A program made the position numbers and the translations under genes. This document shows positions 57,801 to 64,000 of a DNA stretch of 64,000 nucleotides, piece after piece. Under the pieces are notes generated by a model. The model was not told the origin of the DNA, made no database searches, and saw nothing but the letters and a program-made list of their open reading frames with translations. Origin of the DNA: Eledone cirrhosa (Eukaryota); assembly GCA_964016885.1 (NCBI GenBank), contig OZ024745.1:78864001-78928000 (forward strand), given 5' to 3'. The number at the start of each line of letters is the position of its first letter. The stretch's first letter is position 1.

Positions 57801-57961
57801 AAACAAGTTTTAAAAGTTTCCATGATTACCTGCTTCCTTGAGTGCTTCATAGTACTTTCTCCATTTGTCTTCATCATTGTTCTTCATTAATACATCATAC
57901 AGCAGTTCAAACCCATCTTTTTGTGAGATTTTATGAGCTTTACAAATTTGACCAGCACTCG
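765..57961 (-). CDS. DDX58: RIG-I-like receptor (DExD/H helicase, DDX58/IFIH1 family) with an apparent 4-CARD N-terminus; partial spliced model of 11 exons: 57830-57961, 50328-50657, 47790-47945, 41504-41629, 33586-33978, 29231-29382, 26667-26842, 20795-20987, 16390-16552, 14391-14483, 765-892
   Basis: All exons have AG/GT boundaries and matching phases, and join into one stop-free frame. Motifs appear in RIG-I order: CARD-like segments, [68 protein letters not shown], then Hel2i-like sequence. The symbol indicates family; strict orthology is not established. Confidence 0.93.
1440..3368 (+). mobile_element. Degenerate Tx1/L1-type LINE, RT and 3' part
   Basis: KVLPKRL…[12 protein letters not shown]…[12 protein letters not shown] with frameshifts; YVDD-like motif near 2005; 3' end ccctggtggccattaaaagaaa. 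Confidence 0.8.
2744..2932. repeat. Perfect 88-bp inverted duplication with a 13-nt loop, followed by a ~31-bp tandem duplication
   Basis: 2744-2831 is the reverse complement of 2845-2932. cataaagaacagggtgaaggtagagaagg occurs twice immediately afterwards. Confidence 0.92.
4170..7845 (+). mobile_element. Tx1/L1-clade LINE: ORF1 with CCHC knuckle and ORF2 with APE endonuclease and RT; frameshifted and 3'-truncated
   Basis: [14 protein letters not shown]; [21 protein letters not shown]; [34 protein letters not shown]. Confidence 0.9.
7846..8245 (+). mobile_element. Second LINE ORF1-like fragment
   Basis: [19 protein letters not shown]…HCFVCGE parallels the ORF1 region at ~4450-4850. Confidence 0.6.
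8260..10812 (+). mobile_element. Degenerate R4/Dong-like LINE with restriction-like endonuclease and (TAA)n tail
   Basis: [44 protein letters not shown]…RHN, RPDIV, IIDIAYP; TAA repeats at ~10792-10812. Confidence 0.88.
10815..11407 (-). mobile_element. Non-autonomous Helitron-like element containing a ccccctctctctatatattataa minisatellite
   Basis: On the minus strand it starts A|TCTATATATTAA and ends …CCAGCTAG|T, with a short subterminal hairpin. Confidence 0.65.
11484..11846. repeat. ~95-bp inverted repeat with poly-G/poly-C inner ends and a ~165-bp spacer
   Basis: 11484-11577 is nearly the reverse complement of 11743-11846. Confidence 0.85.
11983..14250 (-). mobile_element. RTE-clade LINE (RT with internal PHD-like finger), 5'-truncated, (GAT)n tail
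   Basis: [33 protein letters not shown]…CPKC…HKRC…[19 protein letters not shown]. Confidence 0.93.
14391..14483 (-). CDS. DDX58: RLR exon: Hel1-Hel2i junction ([31 protein letters not shown])
   Basis: 93 bp, phase 1-1; acceptor cttgtag, donor gtaagt. F...I...M pattern typical of the start of Hel2i. Confidence 0.82.
14688..14985 (+). repeat. ~59-bp tandem repeat (~5 copies) built from the SINE 5' head
   Basis: The unit ggtaaggtggtggattggcagaatcggtagagtgtcagaatt… matches the SINE start ggtggattggcagtatcggtagag. Confidence 0.8.
15302..16040 (-). mobile_element. Internally deleted mariner-type element
   Basis: TIRs tatgaggtctgtcgaaaaattatctgac and gacagatactttttgatagacctcata; remnant [17 protein letters not shown] resembles ITGDETW. 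Confidence 0.8.
16390..16552 (-). CDS. DDX58: RLR exon: motif III region ([54 protein letters not shown])
   Basis: Translated by hand; acceptor tattttag, donor gtaagt; phase 0-1. Matches RIG-I VIGLTASVG…LCA.LD. Confidence 0.93.
16820..19240 (-). mobile_element. CRE-like non-LTR retrotransposon (RT plus RLE), degenerate
   Basis: [55 protein letters not shown]. Confidence 0.85.
20795..20987 (-). CDS. DDX58: RLR exon: motif Ib/Ic and DECH box ([10 protein letters not shown]…[19 protein letters not shown]…LPQ)
   Basis: Within ORF 20669..21001; acceptor tttacag, donor gtaagt; phase 2-0. Confidence 0.96.
21062..22310 (+). mobile_element. Degenerate mariner transposon interrupted by a solo LTR
   Basis: TIR-like ends tacaaggagcattcaaaaagtt and aactttgttaatgcccctcata; remnants QRTNIKF and [13 protein letters not shown]. 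Confidence 0.8.
21442..21871 (+). mobile_element. Solo LTR (~430 bp) with a 4-bp AATA target-site duplication
   Basis: Ends TGTAGCA…TGTTATA, AATA on both flanks, TATAAAA near 21569 and AATAAA near 21808. Confidence 0.65.
22658..24276 (+). mobile_element. RTE LINE copy with an internal deletion removing YADD and the PHD-like region
   Basis: Nearly identical to the 12-14 kb copy. It jumps from …QAMYK directly to KISSGGGC at ~23335 and has a (GAT)n tail. Confidence 0.92.
24938..25650. mobile_element. Foldback/MITE-like palindromic element, copy 1
   Basis: Arms of several hundred bp are reverse complements around a centre near 25325 (…gaaaaatgaaatgaaatttcgtttcatttttc…). Confidence 0.85.
25957..26443 (-). 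mobile_element. 3' end of the RTE family
   Basis: Reverse complement of ~23790-24276, with a (CAT)n tail on the plus strand. Confidence 0.88.
26667..26842 (-). CDS. DDX58: RLR exon: motif Ia ([16 protein letters not shown])
   Basis: Phase 0-2, donor gtaagg. A second in-frame AG lies 12 nt into the exon. Confidence 0.92.
27078..28260 (-). mobile_element. Three tRNA-derived SINE copies (~27078-27265, 27546-27725, 28072-28260)
   Basis: A-box tggcagtatcgg, B-box gagttcaaatcc and core ttgcctttcatccttacggggtcgataaaat. Confidence 0.88.
29231..29382 (-). CDS. DDX58: RLR exon: Q-motif and Walker A ([39 protein letters not shown])
   Basis: Translated by hand; acceptor ttttatag, donor gtgaaa; phase 1-0. 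Confidence 0.95.
30143..31140 (+). mobile_element. Two partial SINEs (30143-30283, 31033-31140) flanking an RTE fragment and a CR1/Jockey-like RT fragment (~30430-31020)
   Basis: SINE core sequence; [17 protein letters not shown]…DKQYGF; YADD at ~31000. Confidence 0.75.
31860..32120 (+). mobile_element. Possible Penelope-like RT remnant
   Basis: [24 protein letters not shown] resembles the PLE motif IIKPADKG..VVIMDK.DY..K. Confidence 0.4.
32140..33200 (-). mobile_element. Older RTE LINE fragment
   Basis: [37 protein letters not shown]. Confidence 0.85.
33586..33978 (-). CDS. DDX58: RLR exon: CARD4 plus linker (GYEQICLKL…[12 protein letters not shown]…[29 protein letters not shown]…)
   Basis: 393 bp, phase 1-1; acceptor ctattttcag, donor gtaaaa (an in-phase alternative donor would end the exon at 33637). 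Clear RIG-I CARD2-like pattern. Confidence 0.88.
34790..35570. mobile_element. Foldback/MITE-like palindromic element, copy 2
   Basis: Same family as 24938-25650; arms invert around …atttctcactccaagagtgagaaat… near 35197. Confidence 0.85.
36775..37200 (+). mobile_element. 3' RLE fragment of a CRE-like element
   Basis: [45 protein letters not shown]. Confidence 0.75.
37365..38465 (+). mobile_element. Three tRNA-derived SINE copies (37365-37545, 37553-37743, 38275-38465)
   Basis: Same SINE as at 27-28 kb, in the opposite orientation. Confidence 0.88.
38512..40624 (+). mobile_element. RTE LINE copy (RT with PHD-like finger), 5'-truncated, (GAT)n tail
   Basis: ORFs at 38583, 39095, 39383 and 39832 are nearly identical to the 12-14 kb copy. 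Confidence 0.93.
40935..41307 (+). mobile_element. 5'-truncated LINE 3' end with an 18-bp target-site duplication
   Basis: tatctttcatgatcaatt at 40917-40934 and 41308-41325; end ccctgtggctaataaagaaa resembles the 3' end at ~3345-3365. Confidence 0.75.
41504..41629 (-). CDS. DDX58: RLR exon: C-terminal half of CARD3 (…[30 protein letters not shown])
   Basis: 126 bp, phase 1-1; acceptor tttattgcag, donor gtaaag. Similar in size and ending to the 132-bp exon. Confidence 0.72.
42840..44705 (+). mobile_element. Degenerate, rearranged RTE fragments, including a 21-bp triplet at ~43520-43580
   Basis: [30 protein letters not shown] remnants. Confidence 0.8.
45034..45901 (+). mobile_element. Internally deleted Tc1/mariner element of DD37D (maT) type, inserted in (TA)n
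   Basis: Perfect TIRs cagggtgcggacgatatct and agatatcgtccgcaccctg. QQDSAPCH…[10 protein letters not shown](L)D gives a 37-residue spacing after correcting one frameshift. Confidence 0.88.
46620..47540 (-). mobile_element. Older RTE fragment
   Basis: VDSFCYLGD…[10 protein letters not shown]…MLHG. Confidence 0.85.
47790..47945 (-). CDS. DDX58: RLR exon: P/E-rich linker plus N-terminal part of CARD3 (…[24 protein letters not shown])
   Basis: 156 bp, phase 1-1; acceptor cttctacag, donor gtaagt. I..S..P..I resembles CARD helices 1-2. Confidence 0.75.
48170..48430. repeat. Degenerate ~50-bp tandem repeat (~5 copies)
   Basis: Recurring attttaccacaactctggcactacc…ttacagggt…gatc. Confidence 0.7.
50328..50657 (-). 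CDS. DDX58: RLR exon: linker plus CARD2 (EFNSICKL…[26 protein letters not shown]…)
   Basis: 330 bp, phase 1-1; acceptor tatatttcag, donor gtaaga. CARD helix pattern with EEI…AA.LL. Confidence 0.8.
52860..55800 (-). mobile_element. Cluster of decayed RTE fragments
   Basis: [18 protein letters not shown]…LLYADD, RRLRWYG and endonuclease-region remnants. Confidence 0.7.
56166..57083 (+). mobile_element. Non-autonomous Helitron
   Basis: Starts A|TCTATATATATAAAA; GC hairpin cccgtgcaacgccggg at ~57056-57071; ends CTAG|T; internal duplication of ~56181-56340 at ~56456-56620. Confidence 0.85.
57830..57961 (-). CDS. DDX58: RLR exon: C-terminal half of CARD1 ([43 protein letters not shown])
   Basis: 132 bp, phase 1-1; acceptor tttctttcaaag, donor gtaatc. 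Resembles human RIG-I exon 2 (…GWFRGFLDALDHAG). Confidence 0.75.
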
Positions 57962-58109
57962 CTTTGAAAGAAAGAAAAACAAAATAATTTAAAAACACCA
58001 TCATCACCATTTAACATCAACTGTTCATGCTTACATGAGTGAGACAGGCTGCTGTCACATTATGAGGCCCTCATTAACAAAAAACAGTAACCTCATAATT
58101 ATGCCTGGC

Positions 58110-60310
58110 AATTTTGTCAGAGATGTTGAAAAACTGTGAGAGCTCCCATGGTATCCATAGAGGTTTTAGGTTTGATAAGAGAAATGATGAGGGATCAAGG
58201 CTCCTGGAGTTTTGTCATGCAAATGATTTAACTATATACAACACTAATTTCGGAAAACTAACCAACAATTTGTACACCTCTAAATCAGACAAGCACACAA
58301 ATCAGATAGATTTTATTTTCATGAAGAATTGGGGTAGACTGATGGTTGCAAACACAAAAACCCTTCCTGTGGAGGAGTGTATCACATAACAGTCAACTAA
58401 ACAAACACAGAGACAGCAAGCAAATTAGAGGAAAATGATATGTAAGTTGAGGAAGCCCTCGGTTAGGGACAAATTCAGGGATGCCCTGCTTGATGCTTAT
58501 GACAATAAAGAAGAGGAGTTAGAAATTGACAACATAGAAGAGCAGTGGAGATTTCTGTATGATGATTTGTGCTAGTGCAAGGCCCCAGGGAAACAAGAGG
58601 TAACATGGTGATGGAATAGTTGGATAGATGAGGCAATCAAAGCTAAGAAACAGGTATGGAGGAAGTGGGGAATAGTATCAAGAAGCTAGAAGAAAAGCTA
58701 GGTGCCTGATGGTTTTTTACACTATATACAAATAAACATCTCCTGCTAATGTTTCATACACAAAAAAAAACATATTGGCCTTAACTTACACTAGTCTCAG
58801 TAACAAGTGAGTAAATGTCATTGATAAAGAATAACAATCCAGAAACAGCTGTTTGGCATTCTCACTAGCTACTCAGATAGATGTGACATGATCACTGCTT
58901 AAGACATTCATAACAAGACTCTTGTGTGCTTGCAGTACATATGAAATAAATAGATACCTTCAGTTGCCAGGGAGGCTCCCAAGAAGAAGTTGACCGCTTT
59001 TGTTACCTTGGTGATCAAATTAGCAGTAAGGGAGGATGTGCAGAACATGTGATAGCTAGCTTGGAGTGGAAGAAGTTTAGAGAGCTGTTACCACTGCTTA
59101 CAACAAAGGGTAAAAGATAGACTGTGATGCCTGTGTGCAAATTGCAATGTTCCATGACAGTGAAGCATGGGCCTTGACTGCAGAAGACCTGTGGAGGCTA
59201 GAAAGAAATGAGTCAAGTATGCTCCGATGGATGTGTAATGTTAGTGTGCATGAAAGACATAGCATAACTGAACTGAGGGAAAACTTGGCATAAGAGGAAT
59301 TGGATGTAATGTGCAAGAGACTGCATTAATATGAATATGTAATGTGTATGGAAAATAGCAGCTGCATAAAGAAATAAAGAAAAACCCCAGTTACTGAGAC
59401 CCGTGGAAGAAGCAAACCTAGGAATACATGAGATGAGGTTGTGAAGACTGACCTAAAAAAAACTAAATGTCACAACAGAAAGGACTTCCAAAGCTGGTGC
59501 TATGCTGTACTGGTGAAAACCCAGCCAAAAGCATACAAAGTGCCCTGTTCCACACCCTTCCACTAGCATTCCCTAATACCCCTACCACCATCACTATAAT
59601 ACCATCACTATAATACCCCTACTACACACACACACACATGCCCTCCCCCCAGCACTCACTCCTTAGCTGCTATCCCCTCAAAAGCCTCTAAGCTCCCTCA
59701 CTATCATACTCTAGTAGCCACTTTCCTCACTTATACATCCTACCCATGTGCCCCCACTAGTGCTCTTAACAGATATTCTCACCATCACCACCACCCCACA
59801 CCCCACACACACAACCCACTCCATCCATGTCCCCCTCCTGTATTTGCCTGCTAACTCCTACCCTGCTAAAACCCTTAGATACCCTCACTGTCAAACCCCA
59901 GTAGCTACTCTCTGAACTCTCTGCACTTCATTGTTCTCCTCTCCATGAAGAAAAAATAAAGGGCCCAAGAGGACACTTTACTGATACCACAGTACAGCAA
60001 CCTCTCTAGTTTTGGTGATCTACACAATAAATGCACTTAGTACACACCGTAAAGTGGTTGGTGAAAGGAAGAGCATCCAGCCATAGAAAGCTTGCTAACG
60101 GGTTGGGAGGACCCTTCAGTCATGTCAATACGGCCTCCCTAGTATTGGTGATCTACATGATAAACGCACCTAATACATGCTGTAAAGTGTTGGTGATAGG
60201 AAAGGCATTCAGCTCTAGTAAGCTTGCAAAACAAAAGGTTGGGAGGGCCCTTCAGTTGTGTCAAATACATGACAACCTCTCTTGTGCTAGTGCACTTGGT
60301 AGACCATGAC
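58110..60310 (+). mobile_element. Decayed RTE fragments (endonuclease region, C-terminus and 3' UTR)
   Basis: RNDEGSRLLEFC…NTNF…QIDFI; FCYLGD; WKKFRELLPLL. Confidence 0.75.
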
Positions 60311-60392
60311 ACCATACTTAAGTGAGATGCAGACCTCTATCTTGTTTGTGAGATCAGTAGCCCTACTTCAGGACTGACTTGGTCTACGTAGA

Positions 60393-60610
60393 CCAGGGTT
60401 TCCCAACCTTTTTTCAGCCAGTGCCCCCTCTGGAGGAAAACCTTTTTTTCAACGCCCCCTGTCAAATTAAATTTCAAATAAGATACTGAATTCATCTTAC
60501 ATCAAATGGGTACAAAACCTAAAACAAATATGTGTGGTTGGGCCTTTAATCACCAGGGGTCAATTTAAGTTCAATCGCAGAAAAAAAATGGATAAATGCC
60601 CACCGCCCAC
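60393..60610 (+). mobile_element. Left end of a hAT-like MITE; no right end found
   Basis: cagggtttcccaaccttttt is a typical hAT/Charlie-type MITE terminus. Confidence 0.5.
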
Positions 60611-62698
60611 CTGAGTATATTGCCATTATAATGATGTGCCACCTGAGTATATTGCCATTATAATGATGTGCCACCTGAGTATATTGTCATTATAATGATG
60701 TGCCACCTGAGTATATTGTCATTATAATGATGTGCCACCTGAGTATATTGTCATTATAATGATGTGCCACCTGAGTATATTGCCATTATAATGATGTGCC
60801 ACCTGAGTATATTGTCATTATAATGATGTGCCACCTGAGTATATTGTCATTATAATGATGTGCCACCTGAGTATATTGTCATTATAATGATGTGCCACCT
60901 GAGTATATTGTCATTATAATGATGTGCCACCTGAGTATATTGTCATTATAATGATGTGCCACCTGAGTATATTGCCATTATAATGATGTGCCACCTGAGT
61001 ATATTGTCATTATAATGATGTGCCACCTGAGTATATTGTCATTATAATGATGTGCCACCTGAGTATATTGCCATTATAATGATGTGCCACCTGAGTATAT
61101 TGTCATTATAATGATGTGCCACCTGAGTATATTGTCATTATAATGATGTGCCACCTGAGTATATTGTCATTATAATGATGTGCCACCTGAGTATATTGTC
61201 ATTATAATGATGTGCCACCTGAGTATATTGCCATTATAATGATGTGCCACCTGAGTATATTGCCATTATAATGATGTGCCACCTGAGTATATTGTCATTA
61301 TAATGATGTGCCACCTGAGTATATTGTCATTATAATGATGTGCCACCTGAGTATATTGTCATTATAATGATGTGCCACCTGAGTATATTGTCATTATAAT
61401 GATGTGCCACCTGAGTATATTGTCATTATAATGATGTGCCACCTGAGTATATTGTCATTATAATGATGTGCCACCTGAGTATATTGTCATTATAATGATG
61501 TGCCACCTGAGTATATTGCCATTATAATGATGTGCCACCTGAGTATATTGCCATTATAATGATGTGCCACCTGAGTATATTGTCATTATAATGATGTGCC
61601 ACCTGAGTATATTGTCATTATAATGATGTGCCACCTGAGTATATTGTCATTATAATGATGTGCCACCTGAGTATATTGTCATTATAATGATGTGCCACCT
61701 GAGTATATTGTCATTATAATGATGTGCCACCTGAGTATATTGTCATTATAATGATGTGCCACCTGAGTATATTGTCATTATAATGATGTGCCACCTGAGT
61801 ATATTGTCATTATAATGATGTGCCACCTGAGTATATTGTCATTATAATGATGTGCCACCTGAGTATATTGTCATTATAATGATGTGCCACCTGAGTATAT
61901 TGTCATTATAATGATGTGCCACCTGAGTATATTGCCATTATAATGATGTGCCACCTGAGTATATTGCCATTATAATGATGTGCCACCTGAGTATATTGTC
62001 ATTATAATGATGTGCCACCTGAGTATATTGTCATTATAATGATGTGCCACCTGAGTATATTGTCATTATAATGATGTGCCACCTGAGTATATTGTCATTA
62101 TAATGATGTGCCACCTGAGTATATTGTCATTATAATGATGTGCCACCTGAGTATATTGTCATTATAATGATGTGCCACCTGAGTATATTGTCATTATAAT
62201 GATGTGCCACCTGAGTATATTGTCATTATAATGATGTGCCACCTGAGTATATTGTCATTATAATGATGTGCCACCTGAGTATATTGTCATTATAATGATG
62301 TGCCACCTGAGTATATTGTCATTATAATGATGTGCCACCTGAGTATATTGCCATTATAATGATGTGCCACCTGAGTATATTGTCATTATAATGATGTGCC
62401 ACCTGAGTATATTGTCATTATAATGATGTGCCACCTGAGTATATTGTCATTATAATGATGTGCACCTGAGTATATTGTCATTATAATGATGTGCCACCTG
62501 AGTATATTGCCATTATAATGATGTGCCACCTGAGTATATTGTCATTATAATGATGTGCCACCTGAGTATATTGTCATTATAATGATGTGCCACCTGAGTA
62601 TATTGCCATTATAATGATGTGCCACCTGAGTATATTGTCATTATAATGATGTGCCACCTGAGTATATTGTCATTATAATGATGTGCCACCTGAGTATA
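60607..62698. repeat. 32-bp tandem satellite, ~65 copies (CCACCTGAGTATATTGYCATTATAATGATGTG)
   Basis: Exact 32-bp period. Variation seen is limited to one T/C site and a 1-bp deletion near 62463. Confidence 0.97.
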
Positions 62699-62819
62699 TG
62701 GATATCACTTTCTTAATCATTTCAGTCTTCTCTGACAATGCAAATAAAAACAAATAATCATTAATCTTTCAGTTAAAGACCAAATTATAATATATTACTA
62801 TATAAATAATATATATTTA

Positions 62820-63430
62820 ATAGACAGGTGGGGTCCACTAGAGCTTGACCTCAGCTCCCTCCTGTTTCTTATTGTTCTCCAGGCCATAATAGAACTGTGT
62901 AAAGCTGGCTGTCCATGGGAATTTCTGTATGCCAATGATCTCGTTTTCTTAGCCAAGTCCACAGCTGAATTACAAAAATTCTAGACATGGAAACAAAATT
63001 TTGAATCAAAAGGCTTCGGTGTCAACTTGGCAAGGACTAAAGTTCTATTCAGCAAAAGAAAAAACAGGATTCAGATTCCCTCAGGAATATGGCCTTGCTT
63101 GGTAAATCTCAGGCAGGCCAATAAAGATGCACAGGAGCAGTAAGCTGCAAGAGCTCAAATAAAACAAGCTGGCTCCCTAGAGATAGATGATGTTACCTGA
63201 GGAAAATTAGCTGTTGGGGTTGGTGTTATAAAAGTATAGTAGCCAGGGTGAGGATCAGTTGGAAAAAGTTCAAGGTGTTACTGCTAATACTGGCTACAAA
63301 GAATCTCGTCCTCAGAGTGTAAGATAAATTGTATGATCCTTGTGTGCAAACAGCAATGTTGCATGAAAGTACGGCTTGGGCTTTGTGTGTGGAGGACTTA
63401 CAAAGATTGGAAAGATGTGAGGTGAGCATG
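62820..63430 (+). mobile_element. Decayed RTE fragment
   Basis: GCPWEFLYANDL, ESKGFGVNLAKTKV. Confidence 0.75.
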
Positions 63431-64000
63431 GGGATAGATGTATAATAGTGGTATACAGAGATATGACAAGAGAAAATAGTGCCTATGGCAAACATTGAAA
63501 TTGCACCCCTGCCCATGTAGTAAGTTATAAGTGTAGTTGTTAGATAAGGGGATTGATAGTGCAGTTTAAATAAATGAGGGTTTAGAGTATTAAACTGCAT
63601 TTTCATTGTTCTACAGGTATCCTTACACTTAAGAATATGTAAAGTATTGGCAAAAGTGTTAGTGTATTTAAAGGGAGTAATCTGTGTAATACTGATCTTT
63701 GACAAATATTAAAACCCTATTAAAATAATCCACAAGTCATACTATGAGGTATGCCTCTGTGATCATGTAGTTCCCAGCACTGTATTTTTACCTATGGGCC
63801 TAATAATTTATATAAATGGTTTAATGATCCAGACACTATAGTGTTTCTCGCCCATGATAATCAAAGACAGATCATACATTTGAAGAAGTTTCTTTTTTCA
63901 CTCTCTGACGATAGCTTATCTAACTTTAATAGAAAGTGTTCCTAGTCCAGGTAGTGCCCCCTTTCAAGTGGCACCTATGGCACGTGCCATGCTTGCCATA

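Noticed and set aside
60607-62698. 32-bp repeat array as a CRISPR
   Set aside because: The units are contiguous with no unique spacers, there are no cas genes, and the context is eukaryotic.
63792-63900. Candidate first CARD exon ending at a GTAAAA donor
   Set aside because: The frames I checked contain stop codons and show no CARD helix-1 pattern. The first exon is probably outside the window.

Overview
AT-rich eukaryotic DNA dense in retroelements. The repeat content (tRNA-derived SINE, RTE, Tx1, CRE and R4/Dong-like LINEs, mariner and maT elements, Helitron-like elements) suggests an octopus or other cephalopod; that assignment is an inference. One host gene spans nearly the whole window on the minus strand: a RIG-I-like receptor (RLR; DDX58/IFIH1 family). 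I assembled 11 GT-AG exons from 57961 down to 765 (2042 nt) with matching intron phases and no stop codons. They encode the Q-motif, Walker A (APTGSGKT), motif Ia, DECH, motif III and the start of Hel2i. The first coding exon was not found, and Hel2 and the CTD appear to lie beyond position 1. The main surprise is the N-terminus, which seems to carry four CARDs from a duplication of the three-exon 2CARD module, all on phase-1 symmetric exons. Helicase motif III also reads TAL rather than TAS. The introns contain many inverted repeats and foldbacks and a ~65-copy 32-bp satellite.
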